Assembly: GCF_000196355.1 (NCBI RefSeq)
Contig: NC_007614.1
Coordinates: 2,040,001-2,072,000 of the forward strand
DNA length: 32,000 bases
Source of the DNA: Nitrosospira multiformis ATCC 25196
GTDB lineage: Bacteria; Pseudomonadota; Gammaproteobacteria; Burkholderiales; Nitrosomonadaceae
Direction of reading: 5' to 3'
Positions 8,790 through 19,208 of this stretch are shown piece by piece; the first letter of the stretch is position 1; every line of letters starts with the position of its first letter. The position numbers and the translations under genes were made by a program. A model generated the notes under the pieces. It was not told the DNA's origin, ran no database searches, and worked only from the letters and a program-made list of their open reading frames with translations.

Positions 8790-11700
8790 TCAATCGAAAC
8801 TGAGCGAATAAAGCACATCGATCGCATTATCCGTTCCCGCACGGGCAACTAACGTGATCTTGGGAGTTAGCGCATAAGTGAGCTTCGTCACACCCGCCGT
8901 CGCGGCGGCAAGCCCTTGTTCGTAGCTGATGTAAGCCTCCTTCGACAGGCGCTTGCCGATCGTGCCAATCTGGCCGGTCAAGGGATCGCTTCCTGCCTGC
9001 CGGATCGATAGCTCGTCTACTCCCAGCGCCCGGGTTATTTTATCGGTCACACCGCCGGATTGCCCTCCGAGAATGGAGCCGGCCGCGGCAAGCAATAAGG
9101 AGGCGTCCGCCTTGCCTCCCGGAGCTCGCCCCAGCGTAATCCACGAGAGTTTCTCCAGGTCGGACACGGCCGGCGTCGATACCAGCTGTATGACGGGATG
9201 ACGCACGCTGCCAGTCACTTCAACTCCTGCCACCACCGCCAACCCCTTGCGCACTGCACGCACGTTCAGGGCCGGATCATCGATCGGACCCTGAAAGCCC
9301 ACGATGCCTCGCTCCACCGTTAAATCCTGCCCATAGGCCTCGAACTTCGTATCCTGTGCCGTAATGGTGCCGACAGTACGAAGCTTCTGTCCGGGCTCGC
9401 CCCTCAAATGCAATTGTCCGGCCAGCCTGCCTTCCAGCCCGGATGCATGGATGTAGAACCGCTCACCCAGATCGAGAGTGGCTTTAACATCGATACGCAA
9501 TCCCCTGCGCTCGGATTGCGGTCCATCCGGTTCGTCCCGGCCGATGATAATCACGTCATCGGGTAAATGAGGACGACCCGCGGTAGGCTGCGCCAGCAGC
9601 CCTGCATTCGCCATGAGATTTCCCTTGAGGGTGAGCATATTGTGTTCCAGCATGGCATTACCGCTTCCCGAAGCAATAATCCAGCGATCAGGCCGTTGAG
9701 CCAACGGAACAAGATTGGCGGTAATCTCGACACTGCCGCGTTCTCCGGTAAAATCCAGGACTCCCGACGCCCGCAAGGTACCCGGTCCTTTTGCGAGTTC
9801 CAGGTGCCGCAACAGAGGATCCTGCGGAGGAGATTGATGCGGCGCCGAGAAATCGAGGATGTCCATGTGAAGGGACTTCTCGTTAAAATGCGCCGCGAGC
9901 TTTCCCTGTTCAAGCCGCACGCCATGCTCCAGCGAGGCAACCGCAAGGTTATCTCCTTGTATCTTTCCTTCCAGACGCGGCTTGCCAAACGTCCCGACCA
10001 CATCTGCCTGCAATGCAATTGCACCGCCCGTTTTGATGCTGTTGTCAATGGCGGGACCCGTCCAGGAAATATCCTGCATATTGACAAAGATGTGCCCGGA
10101 GAGGGCAGCCTCCTGCAAAATCGTCCAGTGCATCCCCGACTCGACTGCTTTTGCCAACGGCATGGCGACAAGAGCGTTCGCCTCGCCCAATCGCTTGCCT
10201 CTTGCCGTGAGTTCTGCGGTCAGTTGGCCGTTTGTAGCCCGAGCAGACAATTTGAGGACTTGCAGACCCAGCGGTAGCGGCGGCTCATCCGGCAATATCC
10301 AGTCGCCACCCTCGCGTTCGATGTCAATAAAACCTTTCAGTTGGCTACCGGCTGAAATATCCCATTCTCCGTGTAGCCGGAGAGCTTCATGACCCGCTCC
10401 CCGATCGGCTTCATACCGCCTGCGCCCGTCCGCACCTTCGGTTTCGTTTGCCCCTGCAGTCTTTGCGGTCTTCGCTGCCGCCACAGACTCCACAGCCGCC
10501 TCCGACTTTTTCCCTCCAGCCCCGGGACGCAGTCCAATCCCCGAAAAATGCCCCTTTGTGCTCCACCTTTCAGGACTCCAATCGATTTCACGAATCTGCA
10601 CTGTGCCTCCCGCGATGCCGATGTTCGATAAACCGAGTGATGCGTGGTTGAAGCCAACTTGTACGGGAGAGGTATTTTTGAGGCTAAATGGAACTCGCCC
10701 CGACCCGGACAACTCCATCAGTTCCCCTGCCCATTCGGCATCCCGCCTCTGCCCCCCCGTTTTGGCAAGACCCCCTCTGCCTCGGAGGGACAGCCTCTGA
10801 TCATCGACCAGTTGGGCAGAGACCTGGATCTCGTGTTGTGAAGTACTGCCTCCCATTTCCACACTGAGTTGTTGCAGACGTGGATTTGCCTGGAGCCGGT
10901 AGTCCGCAGCCAGGATCTTTAACGTGATCGCATCGCCGTGCAGCGTGCCATCGGCAGTGAAATTATCCAGATAATGCTCATTCGGGAGCTTGATGCCCTT
11001 TCCCGTGACGTAAAAGCTTATATCCGGCAATTCAAGCGGCTTCTCGATAAAACTGGCGGAACTGCTCCCCATTATTGCCTTCGCCATCAGTGAGCCCCCA
11101 AGCCCGTACCCAATTTGCGCCAGCGCAGGAGCATTCAATTCAAGCTGCAGTTGATCGCCTGGACGCCCGTAACCGCCACGCGCCAGAAGCCGGTTCGTGC
11201 CGAAGTTTAATTCGATCCCCCCTTTAGCCCGGCTGAGCCCTGCAAACTCGATGCGGCCATTGCCTGATACCGGTTGTTCCGCGACGTGACTGTTAGCGAT
11301 TGCAAACTGAGCCGTACCTGCCGGTTCTGAAACTTTTCGGGAGGATTCGGGCGTTCCGGTTGAACCCAGCTCACCTGTCAGTTTGAGTGTCGCGTTGAGA
11401 TCGGTTCGAGGCCCCTGCAAAAACACAGAAATATCAAAGCGCCGCAAGCTGCCCCCCAGGTCAAACTCCCGCTGCCCGTTCAACTCCATCCTGCCCTGAC
11501 CGGTAAACAGGGATTGCCCATGGCTGAGGCGCACTTTTTCCAGTGTCAGCACATCGTCCGCCAGTGTCATATGAACATCCGCACTCAGCTTCCGATCATG
11601 AAGCGCCAATATTCCCTGCTGGCTCTTCTCATCCCCACTGAGTCTCAGGGATCCACTGACATTCGTGGGCCGCATCCGCGTATCCAGCCCGGCCAGGTTA

Positions 11701-12851
11701 ACCTGCCGGATGCGCAAATCCGCCGATCCTCTTGCCTGCTTGAGTTGCCATACGACATCACCCATGATCGATCCGCCGCCTGGCAGCAGCAGTTTCAAGT
11801 CATGAAGCTGGAGCAGTTCCGCCGACAACACGGGGGCTGCGCGTGCTTCGAGCACCGGGAGACCGCCCGTATCCAGGGCGGAAGGCTTGCTGTTTTTGAC
11901 GGTCAGGGTGCCTTCGAGTTGGCCCGCCATTTTTTCATTCAAATCCGCCTGCAAATCAAGCCTGGCCTGAGGCGCCGTAGCGGAAAAAACATGAGGATCC
12001 AGGCCGCTCAGTGACAACCGCAGGCCTGCCACTGCGAACGGAGCAAAGGGACGCAATTGCGCATCTCCCTCCCCTGACAGCCCGGCGCCCTGCCCCTCGA
12101 TTTTCACGTCGATCTGTGCCAGATTACCGCCAAGGGTGGCAGAAATGCGTGCTTCCGATTTCTCTGTCAACGTGCCGGCTGGTTGTTGCGCTTTGGGAAC
12201 GGAAATTCCTGCCAGGGTTACATAGCCTTCCAGGGGAAAAGGCTTCTCGCCTTTCAGTTGGGCTGATGCAGTGAGGCGGCCATAGTCGAGCATGACGCGC
12301 AGTTCAGGAATCTGATGAATGTGTCCATCACTTGTCAATTTCGTGGCAAGGTCCAGCGCCCGAAAAAACGGAGCGCCCCCTTTTTCGCGCATCACACGGA
12401 GGACGCCAATCTCGAACTTGCGCACCTCCAGCGACAAGGGCAGTTCCAGATTATCCGGCTGTGTTGCCGGTTCCGGAGAAGGAGATGAAACCACTTCCAC
12501 TTCCCCCGCTGTCAAGGCGATGATCTTGAGCTGGCCCGAACGTAATGCACCGGGTTCCCAATCCAGTTGCACATCCCGTGCGACGATAAGCAGGTTTTCT
12601 CCGGAAAAGCGCATGCGCCGGACGCTGACGGATCGGGACAGTTTTCCTTCCAACCCTTCAAAAGAAATGCTATCCGCGCTCAGACGGGAGAGGGCCGACC
12701 CGAGCCAGACGAGACCCGAGTTGCTTGTGGCCAGCCAGAGGGCGGAGCCTGCGACCGCGAGGAGGATGAAGATCGCCGCCAGCAGCATCCATTGCCACCA
12801 GCGGAAGCTTGGGAAAGCATGTTGGATTCGCTGTTCGTTTACAGCCTTCAT
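8790..12851 (-). CDS. tamB: Translocation and assembly module subunit TamB (DUF490 family)
   Basis: 1353 aa with a single N-terminal TM segment, a long beta-rich region, and the C-terminal GTITAQDTKFEAYGQDLTVERGIVGFQGPIDDPALNVRAVR / ITWITLG..-type segment typical of TamB. Adjacent to the tamA-like gene. Confidence 0.9.
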   Translation of the reverse strand: MKAVNEQRIQHAFPSFRWWQWMLLAAIFILLAVAGSALWLATSNSGLVWLGSALSRLSADSISFEGLEGKLSRSVSVRRMRFSGENLLIVARDVQLDWEPGALRSGQLKIIALTAGEVEVVSSPSPEPATQPDNLELPLSLEVRKFEIGVLRVMREKGGAPFFRALDLATKLTSDGHIHQIPELRVMLDYGRLTASAQLKGEKPFPLEGYVTLAGISVPKAQQPAGTLTEKSEARISATLGGNLAQIDVKIEGQGAGLSGEGDAQLRPFAPFAVAGLRLSLSGLDPHVFSATAPQARLDLQADLNEKMAGQLEGTLTVKNSKPSALDTGGLPVLEARAAPVLSAELLQLHDLKLLLPGGGSIMGDVVWQLKQARGSADLRIRQVNLAGLDTRMRPTNVSGSLRLSGDEKSQQGILALHDRKLSADVHMTLADDVLTLEKVRLSHGQSLFTGQGRMELNGQREFDLGGSLRRFDISVFLQGPRTDLNATLKLTGELGSTGTPESSRKVSEPAGTAQFAIANSHVAEQPVSGNGRIEFAGLSRAKGGIELNFGTNRLLARGGYGRPGDQLQLELNAPALAQIGYGLGGSLMAKAIMGSSSASFIEKPLELPDISFYVTGKGIKLPNEHYLDNFTADGTLHGDAITLKILAADYRLQANPRLQQLSVEMGGSTSQHEIQVSAQLVDDQRLSLRGRGGLAKTGGQRRDAEWAGELMELSGSGRVPFSLKNTSPVQVGFNHASLGLSNIGIAGGTVQIREIDWSPERWSTKGHFSGIGLRPGAGGKKSEAAVESVAAAKTAKTAGANETEGADGRRRYEADRGAGHEALRLHGEWDISAGSQLKGFIDIEREGGDWILPDEPPLPLGLQVLKLSARATNGQLTAELTARGKRLGEANALVAMPLAKAVESGMHWTILQEAALSGHIFVNMQDISWTGPAIDNSIKTGGAIALQADVVGTFGKPRLEGKIQGDNLAVASLEHGVRLEQGKLAAHFNEKSLHMDILDFSAPHQSPPQDPLLRHLELAKGPGTLRASGVLDFTGERGSVEITANLVPLAQRPDRWIIASGSGNAMLEHNMLTLKGNLMANAGLLAQPTAGRPHLPDDVIIIGRDEPDGPQSERRGLRIDVKATLDLGERFYIHASGLEGRLAGQLHLRGEPGQKLRTVGTITAQDTKFEAYGQDLTVERGIVGFQGPIDDPALNVRAVRKGLAVVAGVEVTGSVRHPVIQLVSTPAVSDLEKLSWITLGRAPGGKADASLLLAAAGSILGGQSGGVTDKITRALGVDELSIRQAGSDPLTGQIGTIGKRLSKEAYISYEQGLAAATAGVTKLTYALTPKITLVARAGTDNAIDVLYSLSFD

Positions 12852-12857
12852 GCGCTG

Positions 12858-14714
12858 TCAGAACGCCACGGCAATCGAAAAATGAAAACGGAATTTCCCG
12901 TCCCGCTGCCCGCGGGCGACATCCACCGCCAATGGCCCTACAGGACTGCGCCAGCGTATCCCTCCCCCGTATCCGACAGCCGGGTTCAACCCGCCTATGG
13001 TATCGGCCGCATCCCCCACATCGGTAAAGATGGCAGCACCCCAATTACGTGTAAGCCAGTGATTATATTCAATTGAACCCGTGAACATTACCCTGCCCCC
13101 GACCACCGCGCTGCCTTCCCTCACGCCTAAACGCTGAAAAGCGTATCCGCGAACGGATTGAATACCGCCCGCTCTAAAGAGATATTCCTGGGGAATGCCG
13201 AAGCGCGAGGGAGCAAAGGTGTACCCCAGCTCGCCCCTCAGAAATAGCACGTCGCGCTTGCCCACCGGATACCAGAACTGATGCCTGGCATAAGTCCGCA
13301 AGAAGTCCTGATCGGACAACAGTTCCCGCTTGCCGCCACCGATGCGCAATTCGGAAACGCTGCCATCCCTGGGGAATAACGGGTTGTCCACGGAACGATA
13401 GCGTAGATAACCGTCCAGCACCAAGGTCTGGTTGATCTGCTCCAGGCCCCCTTTTGGATCCCGGTTTTCCCGCTGCCAGTTCAATGATAGTCTTGTTTCG
13501 GTCTTGTCCAAGAGCTGGTTGCGACTGACGCCGACTTTCTGGCGTATGGTTTCCAGTTGCTGGATAAAGGTTCTATCCGCTGCCGCCCCCAAGGAAAACC
13601 ATGTTCCCGAGGCATCCGCCACGCTGTCGATTGAGCCCGTCAAGCTCTGGCGTTTCTGCTCGATACGCAATCCACTGTTCAGTCTCAAGGCGTTATTCAG
13701 GAAATCGTTATTCATGTAAGTGACCTCGCCACGCGCACCCGTATTGGAACTGTACCCTGCGCCGAACCCTACCCTCTTCGACTTCGCCTCCGATAGCACT
13801 ACCTCTACCGGCGCCGCCTGATGCGTTACTTCGTCAGGTTGAATATTGACAGCCGCAGAACTGAATTGAGGCAGATTCTGCAATTTCGTCTGGAACGAGA
13901 GTAATTGATCACGGCGATAAAGGTCCCCCGGTTTAAATGGCGCAAGGCCGCTTATGAGTGAGGGTTCGTAGCGATTGAGCCCTTTTATGTCGAGCTCGCC
14001 AAAGTGGAATGCCGGCCCGGAGTTCACTATCACCCTCAACCGCGCCTGCGAAGAATCGGGATCTATCTCCGCCCTGCTTTCCTCGATCTGCGCTGCGACA
14101 TAATCCTCTCCCGCGACATTGGATAGCAATACCGATTTGGCCTCTTCCCAGGCAGGGGAGCGAAAGGGCTGGCCTTCCTTGAGGGACCAGGCAGAGCGCA
14201 GCTTTTCAATCCGTGCGCGCCGTCCAGGCTCATCAACACTCAGGTCTCCCTTGAACTCGATATGCACCCCGACAACCATTGTCCGCGGTCCCGGCGCGAC
14301 TTCCAGTTGCGGTACCTCGCCGGGGGTGGAGAGATGCAATGTTATCCTGGGCATGAAATAACCCTCGGTGGCGAGCAGTTCGCTAATTTCGCGCTGGGCG
14401 CGCCGCATGAAAGTAGCGCGCGCAGTTTCATCTTCCAGAGCTTCTGTCGGCAGACGGAAATGTGTTTTCAGCAGATCCGCCACGGGCTCCGGAGCGGAAA
14501 GGCTGATGGAGGGGGGAGGAGCATCGTCTCCGAAGAGGCCGCCGAAGAGACCCGCTTCGACCGTGTCGTTACTCAGCATGAGCAAAATGATCACCCCGAG
14601 ATAAAGACACGCTTTATCCGCCAGAAGAGAAAACAAGAATTTCAAGACGGGCAAATGCAAGAAGGGCTGTATAAACAATACTGGAAGCCCGCGAATGAAA
14701 GGCAGGCTTTGCAT
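12858..14714 (-). CDS. tamA: Autotransporter assembly complex TamA / BamA-family outer membrane protein
   Basis: 618 aa with POTRA-like N-terminal segments, a C-terminal Omp85-type barrel (FRAGGIQSVRGYAFQRLGVREG, VGPLAVDVARGQRDGKFRFHFSIAVAF) and a terminal aromatic residue. Stop codon lies 6 bp from the tamB start. Confidence 0.9.
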   Translation of the reverse strand: MQSLPFIRGLPVLFIQPFLHLPVLKFLFSLLADKACLYLGVIILLMLSNDTVEAGLFGGLFGDDAPPPSISLSAPEPVADLLKTHFRLPTEALEDETARATFMRRAQREISELLATEGYFMPRITLHLSTPGEVPQLEVAPGPRTMVVGVHIEFKGDLSVDEPGRRARIEKLRSAWSLKEGQPFRSPAWEEAKSVLLSNVAGEDYVAAQIEESRAEIDPDSSQARLRVIVNSGPAFHFGELDIKGLNRYEPSLISGLAPFKPGDLYRRDQLLSFQTKLQNLPQFSSAAVNIQPDEVTHQAAPVEVVLSEAKSKRVGFGAGYSSNTGARGEVTYMNNDFLNNALRLNSGLRIEQKRQSLTGSIDSVADASGTWFSLGAAADRTFIQQLETIRQKVGVSRNQLLDKTETRLSLNWQRENRDPKGGLEQINQTLVLDGYLRYRSVDNPLFPRDGSVSELRIGGGKRELLSDQDFLRTYARHQFWYPVGKRDVLFLRGELGYTFAPSRFGIPQEYLFRAGGIQSVRGYAFQRLGVREGSAVVGGRVMFTGSIEYNHWLTRNWGAAIFTDVGDAADTIGGLNPAVGYGGGIRWRSPVGPLAVDVARGQRDGKFRFHFSIAVAF

Positions 14715-14988
14715 GTAAAGCCGCGGAACAAGGCAAATCTTTGCCCCCGCAGGCGGACCGCCAGGATCAAAGAATAGCAGACCGGCGATATAAGCGATTT
14801 TCCTGAGTAAAGCGCATTCGGCCCGGTTGCGTCAAGCCTTTGCTTGGCAAGCTCTCTCCTGCCATCGTCTACACAACCTGGGGTCTACCCAACCTGCGTG
14901 CCTTGCGCTACAACCTCCGTATACTATGCTGAACAAAGTCAGGCATTTACTGTCTACGAATATAACAGTACGAGAGCAAGGATATCTG

Positions 14989-16896
14989 ATGGATAAAAAG
15001 GATAAAAAGACCCAACTTCCCATGGACAAAAAAACCCAGATCAACTTCTGGTACGTCATTATCGCGGTACTCGGCATTCTGCTCATACAAAGCATGTATG
15101 CCCGCTATACCAAGGTCGAGCCCATTCCTTATAGCCGCTTTCATACCCTGCTGGACGAGGACAAGATTGCGGAGATAGCCATCACCGAAAATCATATTTA
15201 TGGCACCCTGAAGGGGGAAGGTGCCGACGGGTTGAAGGATTTCGTGACCACGCGGGTGGAACCCGAGCTGGCTGATAAGCTCGATCAACATCACGTGACG
15301 TATACGGGCGTGGTCCAGAGCACATGGATGCGCGATCTGCTGTCGTGGCTATTGCCGATGGCGATTTTTTTCGGGATATGGCTGTTTATCATCCGCCGCA
15401 TGAATCCGGGCGGCATGACGGGCGGGCTGATGTCGATCGGCAAGAGCCGCGCCAAAGTTTTTGTGGAGAAAGAAACCAAGGTAACTTTTGCAGATGTGGC
15501 CGGAGTGGATGAAGCCAAGGAAGAGTTGGAAGAAGTCATCAATTTTTTGAAGGATCCTGCCGGATACAGCCGCCTGGGCGGGCGGGTACCCAAGGGTATC
15601 CTGCTGGTGGGGCCACCGGGTACGGGCAAGACGCTGCTGGCCCGTGCCGTGGCAGGCGAAGCGAATGTTCCGTTCTTCTCGATCTCCGGTTCCGAGTTCG
15701 TAGAGATGTTCGTCGGGGTCGGGGCCGCGCGCGTGCGCGACCTGTTTGAACAAGCGCGCCAGATGGCTCCCGCCATCATCTTTATCGATGAGTTGGATTC
15801 GCTTGGACGAGCCCGGGGCGCCTATGGGCTTGGGGGTCATGACGAGAAGGAGCAGACGCTGAATCAACTGCTGGCCGAGCTTGATGGTTTCGACCCTAAA
15901 AGTGGCGTGGTGCTGCTCGCGGCGACCAACCGGCCCGAAATCCTCGACCCCGCTCTGCTGCGGGCGGGGCGATTTGACCGGCAGGTACTGGTGGATCGGC
16001 CGGACAAAGTGGGGCGAGAACAGATTCTTGCCGTACATCTGAAGAAGGTGAAGCTCGATCCTGACGTAAAAAAAGAGCAGATTGCAGCTTTGACGCCGGG
16101 GTTTACGGGCGCCGATCTCGCCAACCTGGTCAACGAAGCTGCCCTGCTAGCCACCCGCAGGAATGGCGCGGCCGTGACGATGGGGGATTTCAATAACGCC
16201 ATTTTGCGGGTGGTAGCCGGCCTTGAGAAGCGCAACCGCCTGCTCAATCCGGCAGAGCGCCGGGTGGTCGCGTTTCATGAACTGGGACACGCGATGGTGG
16301 CACTCGCCTTGCCTGGAACCGACGCGGTACACAAGGTTTCTATTATCCCGCGTGGAATAGGCGCGCTCGGCTATACAGTGCAGCGGCCGACCGAAGACCG
16401 GTTTCTGATGACCCGGGCAGAGCTGGAAAACAAAATGGCGGTGATGATGGGCGGACGAGCAGCCGAACGTGTGGTATTCAACGAAATATCGACTGGCGCA
16501 TCGGATGACATCGTCCGCGCGACCGACCTTGCCCGTGCGATGGTGCTCCGTTATGGAATGACCGAGGCCCTCGGGAATGTTGCGTATGACCGCGAACGTT
16601 CGCAATTTCTGCAACCCGGCATTCCCATGCCGCAAAGCCGGGACTATAGCGAAGAGACGGCAAACACGGTTGACAGCACTGTGCGTGCGCTCGTCGATGG
16701 TGCATTGAAGCGGGCGATAGAGATATTGGAAAACAACCGCGCGCTGCTCGACCGGACGGCGGAGGAGTTGCTTCGGGTCGAAACGTTGAATGAACCCGAG
16801 ATAGAGAACCTGAAACGGCAGATCACCGCCAGGCCCGTGCTTCCTCGCACCGACACGCCCCTCCCGGAAAAGGACAAAGCCCTGGAGAAAGCGTAG
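14989..16896 (+). CDS. ftsH: ATP-dependent zinc metalloprotease FtsH family
   Basis: Walker [37 protein letters not shown], zinc motif HELGH, two N-terminal TM segments. The track ORF starts at 14827. An ATG at 14989 ([21 protein letters not shown]), preceded by an AAGGAT-like site, is the likelier start. Confidence 0.9.
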   Translation: MDKKDKKTQLPMDKKTQINFWYVIIAVLGILLIQSMYARYTKVEPIPYSRFHTLLDEDKIAEIAITENHIYGTLKGEGADGLKDFVTTRVEPELADKLDQHHVTYTGVVQSTWMRDLLSWLLPMAIFFGIWLFIIRRMNPGGMTGGLMSIGKSRAKVFVEKETKVTFADVAGVDEAKEELEEVINFLKDPAGYSRLGGRVPKGILLVGPPGTGKTLLARAVAGEANVPFFSISGSEFVEMFVGVGAARVRDLFEQARQMAPAIIFIDELDSLGRARGAYGLGGHDEKEQTLNQLLAELDGFDPKSGVVLLAATNRPEILDPALLRAGRFDRQVLVDRPDKVGREQILAVHLKKVKLDPDVKKEQIAALTPGFTGADLANLVNEAALLATRRNGAAVTMGDFNNAILRVVAGLEKRNRLLNPAERRVVAFHELGHAMVALALPGTDAVHKVSIIPRGIGALGYTVQRPTEDRFLMTRAELENKMAVMMGGRAAERVVFNEISTGASDDIVRATDLARAMVLRYGMTEALGNVAYDRERSQFLQPGIPMPQSRDYSEETANTVDSTVRALVDGALKRAIEILENNRALLDRTAEELLRVETLNEPEIENLKRQITARPVLPRTDTPLPEKDKALEKA

Positions 16897-17133
16897 GTTT
16901 CGAGTGCTGGCTTTTGCATGACGGGTTGCAAAACTGGAACAGGCTCCGCAGGTGTGTGCTGAATCTGTTCCAGCCTGGCGATCTCACACTCCCGACCAAG
17001 TCGCGCATGCGCTCAATCTTGACGAGGCATGACACTCCGCCGAAGACTTCCAATGAGCCCCGGATTCCAAAGACTTGGTTTCACGGAAGTGCCCCGTAAT
17101 CTTCCCCCTCCTCAAGTCGCAAAGCTGTCTTTA

Positions 17134-17150
17134 CAGAAAAACTTTTTCTG
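17134..17150. repeat. Short AT-rich palindrome CAGAAAAA-C-TTTTTCTG
   Basis: Perfect 8-bp arms at 17134-17141 and 17143-17150, read directly. Confidence 0.4.
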
Positions 17151-17255
17151 CTGAATGAGTTCTCCCGGGAACGAAATCACTCCTGCCCCCACCCATTCTC
17201 TTTTCCGTCCGCGCTTTTCATTCTCTCTTCATGCATTTATCCATATAAAAATTTC

Positions 17256-17280
17256 TATACAGGCTGCAGTTTCCTGTATA
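17256..17280. promoter_or_regulatory. Operator-like inverted repeat TATACAGG-N9-CCTGTATA overlapping a TATACT -10-like hexamer (17277-17282)
   Basis: Exact 8-bp inverted arms at 17256-17263 and 17273-17280. No good -35 was identified. Confidence 0.3.
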
Positions 17281-17295
17281 CTCCGCGCTTCGACG

Positions 17296-17324
17296 AAAAG
17301 CCCTAATAGCATCACGGCTTTTTT
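17296..17324 (+). terminator. Terminator-like hairpin AAAAGCC-N13-GGCTTTTTT
   Basis: 7-bp complementary arms (17296-17302 and 17316-17322) ending in a run of six Ts. Confidence 0.4.
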
Positions 17325-17710
17325 CGGTCCATCGTTCCTGACCGTTTCAGAGCTTTTTCGATTTTCAAGTTTCCAGCGGAAATTGGCGGCACCGTGGTTA
17401 GCGGCGATGTTTGAAACGCCTGATCAATCCTTTACGGGTTCATCAAGCGGTTTCTTATGTATGTGCGCCGGCCGACCAGCAGCCCGTCCGTTTTCGAGGG
17501 TACGTCCTGCTTGCGCGCTCGAGAGCGCATCCAAGAATCAATTCAGGTCACCTGACTCAGACACAACATGGAATGAAAAACATTCCTGTGCAGAACTTGA
17601 CAGTTTTGTTGTAACTCTCTTGGTGCAAAATCCTTCCAAGTAGGGGCTGATGCAAGGAAACCGAGTTTTTTTGAGGATGCACACTTTTTCATTCAACAGG
17701 AAAAAACAAC

Positions 17711-19129
17711 GTGTCTTTTGAAAGTCTGAATCTCCATCCGCTCATTCTTAAAGCCATCAATGATGCGGGTTATACCTCGCCTACTCCCATTCAGGAACAA
17801 GCCATTCCCGAATTGCTGACGGGGCATGATGTCCTGGCATCAGCACAGACCGGCACCGGCAAAACTGCTGCTTTCATGTTGCCCGCTTTGCACCGCCTGG
17901 CTTCTCCTTCCCAGGTACGTAGCCGCGGACCCCGCGTGCTGGTATTGACACCAACGCGGGAACTCGCGCTCCAGGTATCCGAAGCCACTGCCAAATATGG
18001 GAAGTACCTCCCGCGGGCGAAAGTGGTGAGCATACTGGGCGGTATGCCTTACCCGCTGCAAAACAAGCTGCTCTCGCAGGTGGTCGATATTCTTGTGGCC
18101 ACTCCCGGGCGGCTGATCGACCACATCCAACGGGGGCGGATCGATTTTTCCCGCCTGGAAATGCTGGTGCTGGACGAGGCCGATCGCATGCTCGACATGG
18201 GCTTTATAGAGGATGTTGAGCGAATCGCATCGGCCACTCCTGCAACCCGTCAGACCCTGCTGTTTTCAGCCACCCTGGACAGTGCAATGGATAATGTGGC
18301 TGCACGTCTGCTGAATTCACCTAAACGCATCCAGGTAGCGACCTCCAAGGCCCGGTTGAACAATATCGAACAACGGCTGCATTACGTGGACGACATTTCC
18401 CACAAAAACCAGCTGCTGGATCACCTGCTTCGGGATATAGAGCTCAAACAAGCCATCGTTTTTACCGCCACCAAACGTGATGCGGATATGCTCGCCGACG
18501 GTCTTTCCGCCCAGGGTCATGCGGCAGCCGCCCTGCACGGGGACATGAGCCAGCGCGACCGCAATCGTACCCTCATAAAACTGCGCCAGGGCGGCATAAG
18601 AGTACTGGTCGCGACCGATGTAGCCGCGCGGGGAATCGATGTGGCAGGCATTACCCACGTCATCAATTTTGATCTGCCGAAATTTGCCGAAGATTATGTG
18701 CATCGCATCGGGCGGACAGGACGCGCTGGCGCATCAGGAATCGCGGTTTCATTCGCTTCCAGCAAGGATGGAATCCATCTGAAAAAAATCGAACGCTTTA
18801 CCGGGCAGCGCATTGCTTCGCATGTCGTTCCCGGCTTGGAACCCCGCGCTAAACCACGCCCTGGCGCGAGTGCCCAGCCCAGAAGTACGCCTAGTGTCGC
18901 CCATAAACGCAGTCGTACCTGGTCCAGCGATGTTCCGCACCGGAGCAGCGCTTACCGGTCCGATGGAGACTGGAAGGCCGGGCAGAGCCGTTCCCCTGCC
19001 GGTAATCGAGATACATGGGGTAATACAGCGGGCAGTACCAGAGCTGCCAGAGCCGGTAGCGGAGGCAATGGCAGGCGCGATTCATTTGGAAGCACGACCG
19101 GTTCTAGCGCTTATTTCAGGGGGAAGTAG
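17711..19129 (+). CDS. rhlE: DEAD-box ATP-dependent RNA helicase, RhlE-like
   Basis: Q-motif PTPIQEQAIPELL, AQTGTGKTAAF, PTRELALQ, VLDEADRMLDMGF, SAT, DVAARGIDV, HRIGRTGRAG, and a basic low-complexity C-terminal tail. GTG start. Confidence 0.9.
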   Translation: MSFESLNLHPLILKAINDAGYTSPTPIQEQAIPELLTGHDVLASAQTGTGKTAAFMLPALHRLASPSQVRSRGPRVLVLTPTRELALQVSEATAKYGKYLPRAKVVSILGGMPYPLQNKLLSQVVDILVATPGRLIDHIQRGRIDFSRLEMLVLDEADRMLDMGFIEDVERIASATPATRQTLLFSATLDSAMDNVAARLLNSPKRIQVATSKARLNNIEQRLHYVDDISHKNQLLDHLLRDIELKQAIVFTATKRDADMLADGLSAQGHAAAALHGDMSQRDRNRTLIKLRQGGIRVLVATDVAARGIDVAGITHVINFDLPKFAEDYVHRIGRTGRAGASGIAVSFASSKDGIHLKKIERFTGQRIASHVVPGLEPRAKPRPGASAQPRSTPSVAHKRSRTWSSDVPHRSSAYRSDGDWKAGQSRSPAGNRDTWGNTAGSTRAARAGSGGNGRRDSFGSTTGSSAYFRGK

Positions 19130-19157
19130 GCGTTTCATCCATGTTCTGAAGGACAGC

Positions 19158-19180
19158 AGCGGGGCATTTCCCACCCCGCT
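19158..19180. terminator. GC-rich hairpin between convergent genes
   Basis: AGCGGGG (19158-19164) and CCCCGCT (19174-19180) with a 9-nt loop, between the convergent helicase and haemoglobin genes. It has no T tract, so a terminator role is tentative. Confidence 0.35.
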
Positions 19181-19208
19181 ATTCGCGCAATCCTTCCTTG
19201 CATCAATT

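Noticed and set aside
9551-10277. 206-aa minus and 236-aa plus ORFs inside tamB
   Set aside because: Alternative frames within a continuous 1353-aa tamB ORF that has good family features. The translations are rich in Arg/Ser/Cys, as expected of shadow frames.
14920-14925. TATACT as a -10 element for ftsH
   Set aside because: No acceptable -35 hexamer lies 16-18 bp upstream. Left unannotated.
16934-16973. Inverted repeat CTGGAACAG ... CTGTTCCAG just after ftsH as a terminator
   Set aside because: The arms are a perfect 9 bp, but the 22-nt loop is long and no T tract follows. Not strong enough to call a terminator.
17155-17643. 162-aa plus-strand ORF upstream of the helicase
   Set aside because: Serine/phenylalanine-rich with no recognisable domain. 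It overlaps the palindromes and terminator-like hairpin. More likely non-coding leader, though conservation analysis could overturn this.
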